DNA of 64,000 nt from Aulosira sp. ZfuVER01 (GTDB lineage Bacteria; Cyanobacteriota; Cyanobacteriia; Cyanobacteriales; Nostocaceae): the NCBI GenBank assembly GCA_034530615.2, contig JAVRCV020000016.1, forward strand, positions 23,085 through 87,084. Direction: 5' to 3'. Under the pieces are notes generated by a model, which saw only the letters and a list, made by a program, of their open reading frames with translations, did no database searches and had not been told where the DNA came from. Below are positions 1 to 10,765 of this stretch, piece after piece (position 1 is the stretch's first letter; every line of letters begins with the position of its first letter). The position numbers and the translations under genes are program-made.

Positions 1-1
1 T

Positions 2-697
2 GCTTTAAAAATTGAGGCGATTTCTGTCCCCGCGATCGCAATGCTGCAACAGATTCTCAATGCCTTACCTGCAATCTTTACAGCCTTAGCAATTCTGATT
101 ATTGGCTATTTTGTGGGGCGGTTTGTTTCGGATTTAGTTACTAGTATCCTCACTAGTTTGGGGTTCAACAATATTTTTGCTGTACTCGGTCTGCCATCAC
201 CGAGACAAACAGCTGTATACACAGAAGCAGGCGCACCAGTATCTACCCCAACCCGTACACCATCAGAAATTGTCGGTATTATTGCCTTCGTTGGCATTAT
301 GCTGTTTGCGACAGTTGCAGCAGTAAATATCCTCAATATTGCTGCACTAACAGCCTTGATATCCGGCATTTTGATTATATTCGGGCGGATTCTTGCCGGA
401 TTAGTAGTGTTTGGAATTGGTTTGTTCTTGGCAAATCTAGCTTTTAGCATCATTGCCAGTTCTGAGAATACTCAAGCACGGATTTTAGGACAAGTAGCGC
501 GGATTGCCATCATTACCTTAGTATCAGCAATGGCACTGCGGCAAATTGGCGTAGCCAGCGATATTGTGAATTTAGCATTCGGACTTTTAATTGGTGCGAT
601 CGCCGTGGCAATTGCCCTAGCTTTTGGCCTTGGTGGACGCGATATTGCCCGCGAACAAGTTCGAGAGTGGCTCGATTCTTTTAAAAGTAAGGGGTAA
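2..697 (+). CDS. Mechanosensitive-channel-like / TM-helix-repeat membrane protein, C-terminal part (5' end outside window)
   Basis: Frame is open from base 2 (ALKIEAISVPAIAM...). Many TM helices, ending LAFGLGGRDIA as in CmpX/MscS-associated TM-helix repeat proteins. Confidence 0.7.
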   Translation, partial: ALKIEAISVPAIAMLQQILNALPAIFTALAILIIGYFVGRFVSDLVTSILTSLGFNNIFAVLGLPSPRQTAVYTEAGAPVSTPTRTPSEIVGIIAFVGIMLFATVAAVNILNIAALTALISGILIIFGRILAGLVVFGIGLFLANLAFSIIASSENTQARILGQVARIAIITLVSAMALRQIGVASDIVNLAFGLLIGAIAVAIALAFGLGGRDIAREQVREWLDSFKSKG

Positions 698-777
698 AAA
701 GTAAATAGGGCATGGGGCATGGGGCATTTTATCTTCGGTTGCTTCCCCTGCTTTCTTGCCCTCGTTGTCCTCCATCA

Positions 778-1950
778 CTAATCTTCTTTTTGTACTGCAT
801 CATCAATCGGACGTTCTGCATGAATATCTGAATTATCTGTTTCCCTAGGATCATCTAATCCAGGAGAGTGAGAAACTATCACCAACTCAGACTCTTTTTG
901 ATGGCTATGCCCCCATTCATCTAAAACATCTTTAATTAAAACTTCTTGCAACCAAATCTTCGCAACCACAGTCAGTGGTAACGCCAAAAATAATCCTAAA
1001 AAACCAAAGAAAGTCACGAAAAATAGTTGAGAAATTAACGTCACGGCTGGTAGTAAAGAAACTTGATGAGCCATGACGACTGGTGTAATAAAATTACTTT
1101 CCGCCTGCTGAATGAAAAAGTAGAGAATCAACACAGCAACAGCTTTCCAAGGAGCATCCAAAAGTGCGATCGCCATTGCTGGAACTACACTCATTGTCGG
1201 GCCTAGGTTGGGAATCAAGTTTAAAAATCCTGCTAAAACACCTAAAGCCAATGCCGCCTTTACGCCTAAAAGCGATAAGCCAATTACACTCATCAGTCCG
1301 ACTACACCCATAGCGATGAGCGCGCCTATTACCCATCCTCCTAATGAAGTTTCGCACTTATCTAAAATCCCATCTACTCGCCGCCGATAAAATGAGGGGA
1401 AAAGGCGGACAAATACTTTACGGTAAGCTTGGGGATTGGCCAATAACATTCCTGTTAAAACCAGCACCAGTAAAATTTTGAGGACAGCTTCTAACGATCC
1501 AGAGACAAAGGCAAAAGAGTTTCCCACTACTCGATTGATGAATGGCTGTGCTTGTTTGATCAGACTGTCTAGATCTGGAATATAAGGTACTAGCTGATCG
1601 GGAACCTGTGTTTTTAAGACGTTAACCCAACTATTGAAGCGTTCAAAACCTTGGGGAACTCGATAGGTAAGTTCATGGAACTGCGCTGCAAAAGGCGGCA
1701 CAATCAGCCAGAAAAAACCTACAATCAAGGCAAAAAAGATACCAACCGAGAGAATGACGGCGAAACCACGTCTGATTCCCCAGCGTTGGAACCATCGCGC
1801 TAGGCGATTTAAGGTTGAAGCTAATACAATTGCGGCAAACATTAGCAACAATACTTCTTTTATTTGCCACAAAATGTATAAAGAAAGAACTATGGCGATT
1901 AAGCCGATCCATTGACCTAGGTTCACAGGCTGACTCCCAGCAGTTGGCAA
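778..1950 (-). CDS. AI-2E family (PerM-like) transporter
   Basis: Multi-TM protein with family-typical motifs (NLIPNLGP, QQAESNFITP, LFLALPL). True start may be the GTG of VNLGQW. Confidence 0.85.
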   Translation of the reverse strand: MPTAGSQPVNLGQWIGLIAIVLSLYILWQIKEVLLLMFAAIVLASTLNRLARWFQRWGIRRGFAVILSVGIFFALIVGFFWLIVPPFAAQFHELTYRVPQGFERFNSWVNVLKTQVPDQLVPYIPDLDSLIKQAQPFINRVVGNSFAFVSGSLEAVLKILLVLVLTGMLLANPQAYRKVFVRLFPSFYRRRVDGILDKCETSLGGWVIGALIAMGVVGLMSVIGLSLLGVKAALALGVLAGFLNLIPNLGPTMSVVPAMAIALLDAPWKAVAVLILYFFIQQAESNFITPVVMAHQVSLLPAVTLISQLFFVTFFGFLGLFLALPLTVVAKIWLQEVLIKDVLDEWGHSHQKESELVIVSHSPGLDDPRETDNSDIHAERPIDDAVQKED

Positions 1951-2018
1951 GCTACATTATGCTTGATAATGCAGCTAGGTTAGCTGATTGTAGCAACTTC
2001 CGCCTATGGGATTATCAG

Positions 2019-2210
2019 CTAATTTTGCTTTTGTGCTTGCAATCGCCAAAAGAGCGCGATCGCCATAATGATAGCTGGCGATAGCACCATAGCTAGGGCA
2101 ACTCCATCTGTCCCCGGAATCATCAGACTCGGTGCTGCGTACTTAATCAAGAGCGACAGCGTAATCGAGAGTAGAAAGACTTTCACAATCAATCCCAGCT
2201 TATTTTCCAT
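2019..2210 (-). CDS. Small two-TM hypothetical protein
   Basis: MENKLGLIVKVFLLS...WRLQAQKQN, two hydrophobic segments; ATG at 2210 inside the listed ORF. Confidence 0.65.
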   Translation of the reverse strand: MENKLGLIVKVFLLSITLSLLIKYAAPSLMIPGTDGVALAMVLSPAIIMAIALFWRLQAQKQN

Positions 2211-2568
2211 AAAAGTTCGGCAATACGCATTGTTCTGTGGGGTATACACGAATTTGGTCTACGCCATCTAGTTTCTAGAATAGACCTAACAGATACAAAA
2301 CTTTGCAATTCACGTTCCGCACTTGCAACTGTCACTCAGCAATTCCTTAAGCGCATTGGTATGTAACAGTTTTAGGTATGTCTGGTTGAGTTGCTGCATC
2401 TCAAGTACGTTCAAGCGATCAGTGCTGGGGTGTTTGATGGCATGGCATTGCTTTATGTAGTTTATTTGCTTTGCTACTAAGTTGAAAAAGTAGTCATTAA
2501 TCATTTGCTAAAAACCAGCGACAAATGACTAATGACTAATGAAAAAATTAAATTGAGGGTACATCAAA

Positions 2569-4506
2569 ATGCCTGTTGAAACTAATAACAAAAATCAAAT
2601 GAAACCTTCTAGGTGGCGGCAGTTTGGTGGCAGCTTTTTGATATTACTAACTTTCTTATTGCTGCTTAACTTAATTGTGCCTAGTTTTTTTGGGACACGA
2701 TTACCGCAAGTTCCTTATAGTGATTTTATTGTTCAGGTACAAGCGGGTAAAGTCGAACGAGCGATGGTAGGAGGCGATCGCATTGAGTATGTTGTCAAAA
2801 CTCAAACCCCCGATGGCAAACCTGCTGAACAAGTATTAACTACTACACCAGTGGCTTTGGATCTCGATTTACCCAAGATTCTCCGCGAGAATAATGTTGA
2901 GTTTGCTGCACCAGCACCAAATCAAAATGGCTGGCTAGGCACTCTAGTTAGTTGGGTGGCTCCACCATTAATTTTCTTTGGAATTTGGGGCTTTTTAATG
3001 AATCGCCAAGGAGGCGGCCCAGCAGCGTTGACGGTAGGTAAAAGCAAGGCGCGGATCTCTTCTGATGGCAGCACGGGTGTAAAATTTACTGATGTGGCTG
3101 GTGTCGATGAAGCCAAAGTTGAATTAGAAGAAATTGTTGATTTCTTGAAAAATGCTGACAAATACACCCGCTTAGGAGCGAAAATTCCTAAAGGTGCATT
3201 GTTGGTAGGGCCTCCCGGAACAGGTAAGACATTGTTAGCCAGAGCGATCGCAGGTGAAGCTGGAGTTCCTTTCTTCAGTATTTCTGGTTCTGAATTTATC
3301 GAACTGTTCGTTGGTGTCGGTGCTGCACGTGTCCGTGATTTATTTGAACAAGCTAAAAAACAAGCTCCCTGTATCGTCTTTATCGATGAGTTAGATGCAC
3401 TGGGTAAATCTCGCGGTGGTGCTGGTGGATTTGTGGGTGGTAATGATGAACGAGAACAAACCCTCAACCAGTTACTCACCGAAATGGATGGCTTTGATGC
3501 CAATACAGGCGTAATTATTATCGCCGCCACTAACCGTCCCGAAGTCCTAGACCCTGCTTTGCGTCGTCCCGGACGCTTTGACCGTCAAATTGTGGTCGAT
3601 CGCCCTGATAAAATCGGTCGGGAAGCTATTCTCAAAGTTCATGCGAGAAACGTCAAATTAGCTGATGATGTAAATTTAGCTACCATTGCTATTCGCACAC
3701 CTGGGTTTGCTGGAGCAGATTTAGCCAACCTGGTGAACGAAGCCGCACTGCTAGCAGCTCGGCAAAATCGGCAAGCAGTCATCATGGCAGATTTCAACGA
3801 AGCAATTGAGCGCTTGGTGGCTGGCTTAGAAAAACGCTCTCGCGTGTTAAATGAAACTGAGAAGAAGACCGTAGCTTATCACGAAGTTGGTCACGCCATC
3901 ATAGGTGCTCTAATGCCTGGTGCTGGTAAAGTTGAAAAAATCTCCGTTGTGCCTCGTGGTGTCGGTGCATTGGGTTATACCATCCAAATGCCAGAAGAAG
4001 ACCGCTTTTTGATGGTGGAAGACGAAATTCGCGGACGGATTGCAACTTTATTGGGTGGACGTTCGGCGGAAGAAGTTGTCTTTGGTAAGGTATCTACTGG
4101 TGCATCTGACGATATCCAAAAAGCTACAGATTTGGCAGAACGTGCGATCACCATCTATGGCATGAGCGATAAACTAGGGCCAGTAGCATTTGAGAAGATT
4201 CAACAGCAATTTATCGAAGGCTATGGTAATCCCCGCCGTTCTATTAGTCCTCAAGTTGCAGAGGAAATTGACCGCGAGGTGAAGCAAACCCTAGATAATG
4301 CTCACCACATTGCTTTGAGTATTCTGCAACATAACCGGGCATTGTTGGAAGAGACGGCTCAACAACTGTTGCAGGATGAAATTTTAGAAGGTGTATCATT
4401 GCGGGAACGTCTCCAGCAAGCCGCAGCACCAGAGGAATTAAGTGAATGGTTGCGGACGGGTAAGTTGTCGGAAGATAGACCTTTGTTGCAGACACTGTTG
4501 GTGTAA
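2569..4506 (+). CDS. ftsH: ATP-dependent zinc metalloprotease FtsH (FtsH4-like)
   Basis: Two N-terminal TMs, Walker A GPPGTGKT, Walker B IVFIDE, SRH RPGRFDR, HEVGH zinc motif. Confidence 0.97.
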   Translation: MPVETNNKNQMKPSRWRQFGGSFLILLTFLLLLNLIVPSFFGTRLPQVPYSDFIVQVQAGKVERAMVGGDRIEYVVKTQTPDGKPAEQVLTTTPVALDLDLPKILRENNVEFAAPAPNQNGWLGTLVSWVAPPLIFFGIWGFLMNRQGGGPAALTVGKSKARISSDGSTGVKFTDVAGVDEAKVELEEIVDFLKNADKYTRLGAKIPKGALLVGPPGTGKTLLARAIAGEAGVPFFSISGSEFIELFVGVGAARVRDLFEQAKKQAPCIVFIDELDALGKSRGGAGGFVGGNDEREQTLNQLLTEMDGFDANTGVIIIAATNRPEVLDPALRRPGRFDRQIVVDRPDKIGREAILKVHARNVKLADDVNLATIAIRTPGFAGADLANLVNEAALLAARQNRQAVIMADFNEAIERLVAGLEKRSRVLNETEKKTVAYHEVGHAIIGALMPGAGKVEKISVVPRGVGALGYTIQMPEEDRFLMVEDEIRGRIATLLGGRSAEEVVFGKVSTGASDDIQKATDLAERAITIYGMSDKLGPVAFEKIQQQFIEGYGNPRRSISPQVAEEIDREVKQTLDNAHHIALSILQHNRALLEETAQQLLQDEILEGVSLRERLQQAAAPEELSEWLRTGKLSEDRPLLQTLLV

Positions 4507-4523
4507 AGATTTGAGATTGAATT

Positions 4524-4562
4524 AAAAAAGCGATCGCTGTTTGAGAAGGCGATCGCTTTTTT
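4524..4562 (+). terminator. Intrinsic terminator after ftsH (possibly bidirectional)
   Basis: AAAAAAGCGATCGC-11 nt-GCGATCGCTTTTTT perfect inverted repeat with A/T tails. Confidence 0.8.
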
Positions 4563-4799
4563 GTAGGTGTAAGAAACAGTAAGCGATTAGACTTCCATAA
4601 AATTCATTCACGCCATGATGTGTTACAGAAAACTACACATACATTGTAGTTATCCACAAGTAATATATATTTTTTTGACCACTGGTTATGGCAACCTCAA
4701 GAAATTATGCCGCTTGAAACGTATAAAACTGCACTCAGGCAGATTGGAGAAAATTTTTATAAAATAAATTAACAGTCAAATATAAACTTGGTAAAGAAA

Positions 4800-5147
4800 A
4801 TGAAACTCTCTTTTAAAGATATTCAATTTATTATTGAAGCAATTGACAACTTAATCAAACTATATGAATCACAGCTAAATGATGAAAACATAGATAAAGA
4901 TGATTTATCGGATATTGGTAATGATTGTATGTTTTTAGAGACACTTCGTGTAGATTTAGAAAATCATCTACAGCAATTGTTAGCACAAAATCAAAATCAT
5001 CAAAATACTGTACAAGCAGATTTAATCAATGTACCTACACAGGATTTAAAGCAATCTGTTGTGCAATTACCAATTAGTCAACGTTTGGTTTTAGTAGATG
5101 CGATTACTGAATCAATTAGACAAGAATTGTCCTTGAGTCCAAGGTAA
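4800..5147 (+). CDS. Hypothetical protein
   Basis: Helical-looking ORF MKLSFKDIQFIIEAID...; start uncertain (4788 TTG or 4800 ATG). Confidence 0.6.
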   Translation: MKLSFKDIQFIIEAIDNLIKLYESQLNDENIDKDDLSDIGNDCMFLETLRVDLENHLQQLLAQNQNHQNTVQADLINVPTQDLKQSVVQLPISQRLVLVDAITESIRQELSLSPR

Positions 5148-5194
5148 GGCGATCGCAACTCGATACAATAACAGTAATCTAGAACAGTTGGTAT

Positions 5195-5755
5195 ATGACG
5201 ATAGCAGCACCTCTGACTCTGAGCGAATTTCTCAAACTTCCAGAAACCAAGCCAGCTAGTGAATTTATTCATGGTCGCATTTACCAAAAACCTATACCTC
5301 AAGGTAAACACTCGCGTCTGCAATTCAAATTTTGTGATGCTGTTAATCAAGTTGCAGAAACGCCACAAATTGCTTTAGCTTTTCCAGAATTGCGCTGTAC
5401 ATTTGGTGGACGTTCGATTATTCCCGATGCTAGCGTGTTTCTTTAGGAGAGAATTCCCTTTGAAGCAGATGGTGAAGTACCCAATACATTTGAAATTTAT
5501 CCTGATTGGACGGTGGAAATTCTTTCACCTGAGCAAAAAGCGACTAAAGTTATTAGCAATATTTTGCACTGCCTAAAATATGGTACTCAACTAGGATGGT
5601 TAATTGACCCAGATGAGCGATTAATTTTGGCATTTATTCCCGCGCAGGAACCTTTAGAGTTAACTGGTAATGAATCTCTACCCATACCTAAATTTTTAAC
5701 AATTGATTTGACCGTTGAACAAGTTTTTGGTTGGCTGAAAGTTAGCCGGAATTAG
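5195..5755 (+). pseudogene. Uma2 family (PD-(D/E)xK) endonuclease with internal nonsense codon
   Basis: ORFs 5195-5446 and 5513-5755 are in one frame. LPETKPASE, PELRCTFGGRSIIPD and PDWTVEILSP motifs. TAG at 5444-5446 where Trp is expected (VFL*ERIP). Confidence 0.85.
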
Positions 5756-5809
5756 TTAATCCTCCAGTCACTATTTTCTTCGTCTCTGCGTTTCTGCATG
5801 AAGCATTCC

Positions 5810-6649
5810 TCAGAGAATATTCTGATTTTTCGTTTTCACTCGCTGATATAACTCCTCCATCGTTTCAATAAAAGAGTTATCCTTCCGCCAAAAAGCTGGA
5901 AAATCTCCCTGCTTTTTCACAAGAATTGCCGATACCCCACTTTGATTAGCTACTTCAATTGTTTGTGGTAATCGCTTTGTACCTAACCAAAATTCCCTAA
6001 CGCTTGGTTTCTGTGCAATAGATTGCTTTTCTAATTTTGTATACAACGATGTAGATAATTCTAAAGGAATTTCTTTCGTATTCAGTTCTTCCGATAGCGC
6101 TTTACCCAAATTTGACTCAGCCAGCTTTGCTTGCAGTTCTGTTTTAGTTAATCCCCTTAGTTCAAACAATAAAAATGGATTCTCATCTAACTGCGACGCT
6201 ACTAAATAATAAACTCCAGCAATATGCTTACAAGGATTGGCATAATCGGGACAGGAACATCTAGTTTTAAAATCCTTGCTGCTTTGAGGTAATAAATGTA
6301 GTCCTAAGTCAGCAAACGTATCTTCTATATTTTCTGGTACTTCGTTAAGTAGTAACCGTGAAACAATACTCGCTTTTGAGGAAAGCTTTTGAATCACTTC
6401 GCTCCAGCGAGTTTTGGCAATGGGTGTAATTTCAATTGAAATACTATAAAGTGGAACCGTATAAACACCAAAGTAGGGATTAATTGAACCTTGAACTTGA
6501 GCAGTAATTTCATTTTTATCAACTTCAAAATTTAAAACTTTCCCACCACGAGCATAAGAACGCCCACGTTTGAGTCGGTTATCATCGGTAAATTGTTCTA
6601 ATGCTTGAATAAAGCGATCGCCCCACCAAGTTCGGCTAAATTTAGTCAT
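5810..6649 (-). CDS. SWIM zinc finger protein
   Basis: CSCPDYANPCKH SWIM motif; RLKRGRSYAR N-terminus; paired with SNF2 gene. Confidence 0.92.
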   Translation of the reverse strand: MTKFSRTWWGDRFIQALEQFTDDNRLKRGRSYARGGKVLNFEVDKNEITAQVQGSINPYFGVYTVPLYSISIEITPIAKTRWSEVIQKLSSKASIVSRLLLNEVPENIEDTFADLGLHLLPQSSKDFKTRCSCPDYANPCKHIAGVYYLVASQLDENPFLLFELRGLTKTELQAKLAESNLGKALSEELNTKEIPLELSTSLYTKLEKQSIAQKPSVREFWLGTKRLPQTIEVANQSGVSAILVKKQGDFPAFWRKDNSFIETMEELYQRVKTKNQNIL

Positions 6650-6654
6650 AATAT

Positions 6655-9600
6655 TTACTCCAAAATTGCGCTTTTATTTAAGGCGATGAGTTGTTTAAAG
6701 GCTTCGTTATCTAATTCTGTAAGCCAAGATTCATCACTCCCCACAACAGCAGCCGAGAGTTTTTTCTTATCTTCAATCATTTGGTCAATTTTTTCTTCTA
6801 GTGTGCCAATCGCCACAAATTTATGTACAAAGACGTTCTTTTTTTGACCAATCCGAAAAGCGCGATCTGTTGCTTGATTCTCAACTGCTGGGTTCCACCA
6901 TCTATCAAAATGAAATACATGGTTTGCTTTCGTGAGGGTAATCCCGACACCGCCTGCTTTGAGTGAAAGGATAAATACAGATGGTTCTGTATCGGAGTCT
7001 TGAAATTCCGTAATCATCTGTTCCCGACGTTTGCGGTTTGTACCACCATGTAGATAGTAAGTATTGCAGTGTAGGTTGTGCTTGAGATGTTTTTCGATAT
7101 TTTCGCAAACTTCGGTAAACTGGCTGAATATGAGTAAACTTTCGCCTTCGGAAATGGCTTCTTCTACCATTTCAGCTAATCGGCTAAGTTTGTGCGATCG
7201 CTCAGGAGAAAATTCGCTATTATCTTGTAAAAACTGAGCAGGATGGTTACAAATTTGCTTCAATTTCATCAAGGTAGAAAGAATTAAACCCTTACGTTGA
7301 ATCCCTTCAGCCTTTTGCAATTGTTCCTCAACATCTTTCACCACGACTTCGTAAAGTGATGCTTGTTCTTTAGTCAGGTTGGTGTAGAGTATTTGCTCAA
7401 CTTTGTCAGGTAAATCATTAATGATAGATTGATCGGTTTTCACCCGACGTAAAATTAAAGGTTCGACTAATTTCTTTAGGGTAACTGATTTGACGCGATC
7501 GTTATCTTTCTGAATCGGAACCTCAAAGGATTTGCGAAACTGTGCTTCTTTACCCAAATAACCAGGATTGAGAAAATTAAAAATTGACCATAAATCCAGC
7601 AGGCGGTTTTCAACAGGAGTTCCCGTTAAAGCTAGTCGGTGTTTGGCGGAGAGTTTGAGAATGGCTTTGGTTTGCGCTGCTTTGGGATTTTTGATATTTT
7701 GCGCCTCATCTAAGACAAGACGTTGCCATTCAACGCTGTTGAGTAGCTTCTCATCTTTGCGAGCTAGGGTAAAGGAAGTAATGACAACATCGTGCTGGAG
7801 ACAAGCGGCTTTGAAGTCTGCGGAGTTTTGCGTGCGATCGCTCCCATGATGCACCATACTTTTTAAATGAGGCGCAAACTTGGCAATTTCCTTTTGCCAA
7901 TTCCCCACAACAGAAGTAGGCGCAATTAATAACGTAGGTAACAGAGATGCAGAGAGACATATCCCCGCGTCCCCGCGTCCTGATGTCTCCGCGTCACCCC
8001 TCCTCCCCCTCACCGCGTCTTCATAAGCCTCCCTCTCCTGAACCAACCTAGCTATCACCTGCACAGACTTACCTAAACCCATATCGTCTGCAAGACAGCC
8101 ATTTAATCCCAATTTCTCTAAATATTGCAGCCAAGAAACCCCACGCTTTTGGTACTCGCGTAAATTACCTTGCAGATTTAATTGTTCGGAAATTGGTTCT
8201 AGCTGGGTTTTATCTTGCAGCTTCGCCATCATTTCCGATAAAACTTCATCGTGTTCAATTTCCCACTCGTCCCCAGCTTCCGCACTGCGTTGCAGAAATT
8301 CCAGCAAATTCATCTCTGGCTGTTCATCGCCGTGAGATTGCCAAAATTCCAACAATTGCTGCATTTTATTACGGTCTAATTCCATCCATTGACCGCGAAA
8401 ATGCACTAAAGGAGCCTTAGCATTAATTAATTGTTCCCATTCTTGAGGTGTGACAACTTGCTCACCAATTGCCAACTCATATTCATACTGTACCAGCGAA
8501 TTTAAACCAAAATAGCTTTTGCTTTCACCCTTTGTGGGCGCTAATTTTTTACCTGATGCTTTCAGGCGAATTTTGGCACGACGGCGACCTGCGGGAGTGT
8601 ACCAAGCAGGTACAATGACTTTAAAACCTGCGTCTTCCAGCACCCAAGCACTGTCTTGGAGAAAGCCAAACGCCTCTTCTAAAGTTAGTTGCATTCCCGT
8701 AGGCTGATCCGTTTCCAACCCCTGCCATAATTTGGGATACATCCGCGCTGCATAACCTAAATTCAGTAGCAAATGAGTTTCAAAGTCCTTACCAAATTGT
8801 TTATGTACTCCCGCTTTAGCTGTTTTATTCATACTCCAATAATCTGACAAATCCAGCTTCAGCGAAGGGTCTTTTTTACTGGCTACTAAAAATTGCATTT
8901 GCCAATTATCTATTTCTTCAGCAGCAGGAGAATGCAATTGAAAACATAGATGAAAAATAGAATCAGCTTGAGTGCGGGTAATTTTAGTTTTCCATGCCAA
9001 CCATTGCTGATATTCTTCTAAAGCAGTCTTTGTTATTAATGGGTTATGTCGATGGGGGTAAAAAGAATATTCAACGAGAGAATCTGCAATTTGTTTATCA
9101 AACGCGGCTGTTGAGGGTGTATGACTGACTATATTTGTGAGGATAGTCTCAGAAAAGTGACGTAATAATGTTTCTCTATCATAAAACTCAATGCTATCGC
9201 CAGATGTTGCCGCACCTGCCACACAAATCAGCGGCATATAATCAATATACTTTTTAATATTTTCTTCGTAGGCAACAGAGATAATTTCCCAAGTCGCGTA
9301 AATTTCAAATGGTTTTGCAGTTGATGACTTGCCTTTCTTCTTAGTTTTTTCTGCTTCTAACTCTCTATATTTCAGCGCTGGAATATATTGGTCTTTAAGG
9401 ATTACTTGCTTAAAAGCTTGGGTGTAGTGATACCAAAACAACAAATCCGAACCGAGTTGAACTTCATCTGCGTTGTGCAATGCTAAAAAATGGATATCAT
9501 TGAGAAGTTTGATAACGTTATTTACTTTTTCCGTCTTGGCAGATATGACCGTTTCATAACAATCCACCTGCCAATATTGGAAACCCTCATATTCTTCCGG

Positions 9601-9900
9601 AACTTCCACTTCTAGATACTTGATTAATTCTGGTGAAGGTAAGGGTTGATTATTGGCAGTTGGTAGTGCAAAGTATTTAGGTAATATGCGTTGACTTAAT
9701 TGATTAGCTGTTTCTTTCAACCCTAAAGCTTGCGTTAAAAAAGCAATTAATTCAGCTTTTGCTAAATGTCCAGGATGAATATTTTGCTGATTAGCACGAC
9801 TTTTTTTGACTATTGGGGTTTCTATCCACAAATAAAAAGACCCTGGCTGAATAAAGTCAGATGCCGCGTTTGGTATCCAGGTTCCATGAATAACTTTCAT
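6655..9900 (-). CDS. SNF2-family (SWI2/SNF2) helicase-like ATPase
   Basis: LADDMGLGKS, DEAQ, TGTPVEN, SLKAGGVG, WWNPAVENQATDRAFRIGQ motifs. Confidence 0.95.
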   Translation of the reverse strand: MKVIHGTWIPNAASDFIQPGSFYLWIETPIVKKSRANQQNIHPGHLAKAELIAFLTQALGLKETANQLSQRILPKYFALPTANNQPLPSPELIKYLEVEVPEEYEGFQYWQVDCYETVISAKTEKVNNVIKLLNDIHFLALHNADEVQLGSDLLFWYHYTQAFKQVILKDQYIPALKYRELEAEKTKKKGKSSTAKPFEIYATWEIISVAYEENIKKYIDYMPLICVAGAATSGDSIEFYDRETLLRHFSETILTNIVSHTPSTAAFDKQIADSLVEYSFYPHRHNPLITKTALEEYQQWLAWKTKITRTQADSIFHLCFQLHSPAAEEIDNWQMQFLVASKKDPSLKLDLSDYWSMNKTAKAGVHKQFGKDFETHLLLNLGYAARMYPKLWQGLETDQPTGMQLTLEEAFGFLQDSAWVLEDAGFKVIVPAWYTPAGRRRAKIRLKASGKKLAPTKGESKSYFGLNSLVQYEYELAIGEQVVTPQEWEQLINAKAPLVHFRGQWMELDRNKMQQLLEFWQSHGDEQPEMNLLEFLQRSAEAGDEWEIEHDEVLSEMMAKLQDKTQLEPISEQLNLQGNLREYQKRGVSWLQYLEKLGLNGCLADDMGLGKSVQVIARLVQEREAYEDAVRGRRGDAETSGRGDAGICLSASLLPTLLIAPTSVVGNWQKEIAKFAPHLKSMVHHGSDRTQNSADFKAACLQHDVVITSFTLARKDEKLLNSVEWQRLVLDEAQNIKNPKAAQTKAILKLSAKHRLALTGTPVENRLLDLWSIFNFLNPGYLGKEAQFRKSFEVPIQKDNDRVKSVTLKKLVEPLILRRVKTDQSIINDLPDKVEQILYTNLTKEQASLYEVVVKDVEEQLQKAEGIQRKGLILSTLMKLKQICNHPAQFLQDNSEFSPERSHKLSRLAEMVEEAISEGESLLIFSQFTEVCENIEKHLKHNLHCNTYYLHGGTNRKRREQMITEFQDSDTEPSVFILSLKAGGVGITLTKANHVFHFDRWWNPAVENQATDRAFRIGQKKNVFVHKFVAIGTLEEKIDQMIEDKKKLSAAVVGSDESWLTELDNEAFKQLIALNKSAILE

Positions 9901-10027
9901 AGTTGTGATGCTCTGGATTGTCTAGTAATTCAAGCTGGTTAAAATTACTCTACCAAAGTACGGTGATACATTATAAGAATCCGATTTGATTATTGAAAAA
10001 ATCTCCGTCGTTTTAGGGTGGGTATTG

Positions 10028-10420
10028 CATACGTGTCAACTTAATGCCAATTTCATGTGAAGTTGCATATATTTAGATCCCCCTAAATCCATGCCACTTG
10101 CTACAACGGGGGGAACCCCCGCAACGCAGTGGCTCCCCTTCAAAAGGGGGACTTTGAGAGATTTATTCCGGTTTACCCTTTTTAAGGGGGAATTTGATTC
10201 TTTTCCCCCCTTTTTTAAGGGGGGCTAGGGGGGATCGAATTCTATGCAGCTTAATAAAGAATTGGTATTAATGCCAAACCCATAGCCCGACTGGGAATGA
10301 ATTAAGAGTCTAATTAGCAAAAGTCATCTCTAAATATCCCTCAAAATTTTGAGTCTACTTCAGTAGACTTGAACTATTAGCCTTGAAATTCATTCCCGTG
10401 ATATGAAAGCCAGCAAATAA
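10028..10420. repeat. Cluster of nested cyanobacterial dispersed repeats / MITE remnants
   Basis: Orphan TIR CATACGTGTCAACTTAA at 10028, GATCCCCCTA...TAGGGGGATC arms, embedded 46-nt hairpin element at 10091-10136, AGTCTAC/GTAGACT palindrome. Confidence 0.65.
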
Positions 10421-10514
10421 CCCTGATTTCTCACGAGATTTTTTTCTCCTTGTCTACAGCCGTAGGGACGGGTTAAGCCAGATAGTCGTAAATTACGAGA
10501 GCACATCTGTGAAC

Positions 10515-10709
10515 CAGTGGTGTCAACTTAACGTGAAACCCTCTTGGTTGCAAGGTTTCGCCCTCTCCCCCAGCCCCTCTCCCGCAGGGAGAAGGGAGCA
10601 AGAGATTTAGTTCTCCTTCTCCTGGGGGAGAAGGGGTTAGGGGATGAGGGCGCGAGGTATTTGTACAACGCCCGCCCTATATAGCTTTTAGCTTAAGTTG
10701 ACACATATG
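10515..10709. mobile_element. MITE of about 195 bp with 17-bp TIRs and 10-bp target duplication (Nezha-like)
   Basis: TIRs CAGTGGTGTCAACTTAA / TTAAGTTGACACATATG. Flanks ATCTGTGAAC (10505-10514) and ATTTGTGAAC (10710-10719). Confidence 0.8.
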
Positions 10710-10765
10710 ATTTGTGAACCCGCCCCTACTTTTTGTGAGAAATGCGGGATAGAGGGATCTAAACA

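Noticed and set aside
2310..2504. 64-aa minus-strand ORF upstream of ftsH
   Set aside because: Lies in the presumed promoter region with no recognisable motif.
2922..3530. Long antisense ORF inside ftsH (and similar antisense ORFs in other genes)
   Set aside because: Explained by codon bias of the sense gene.
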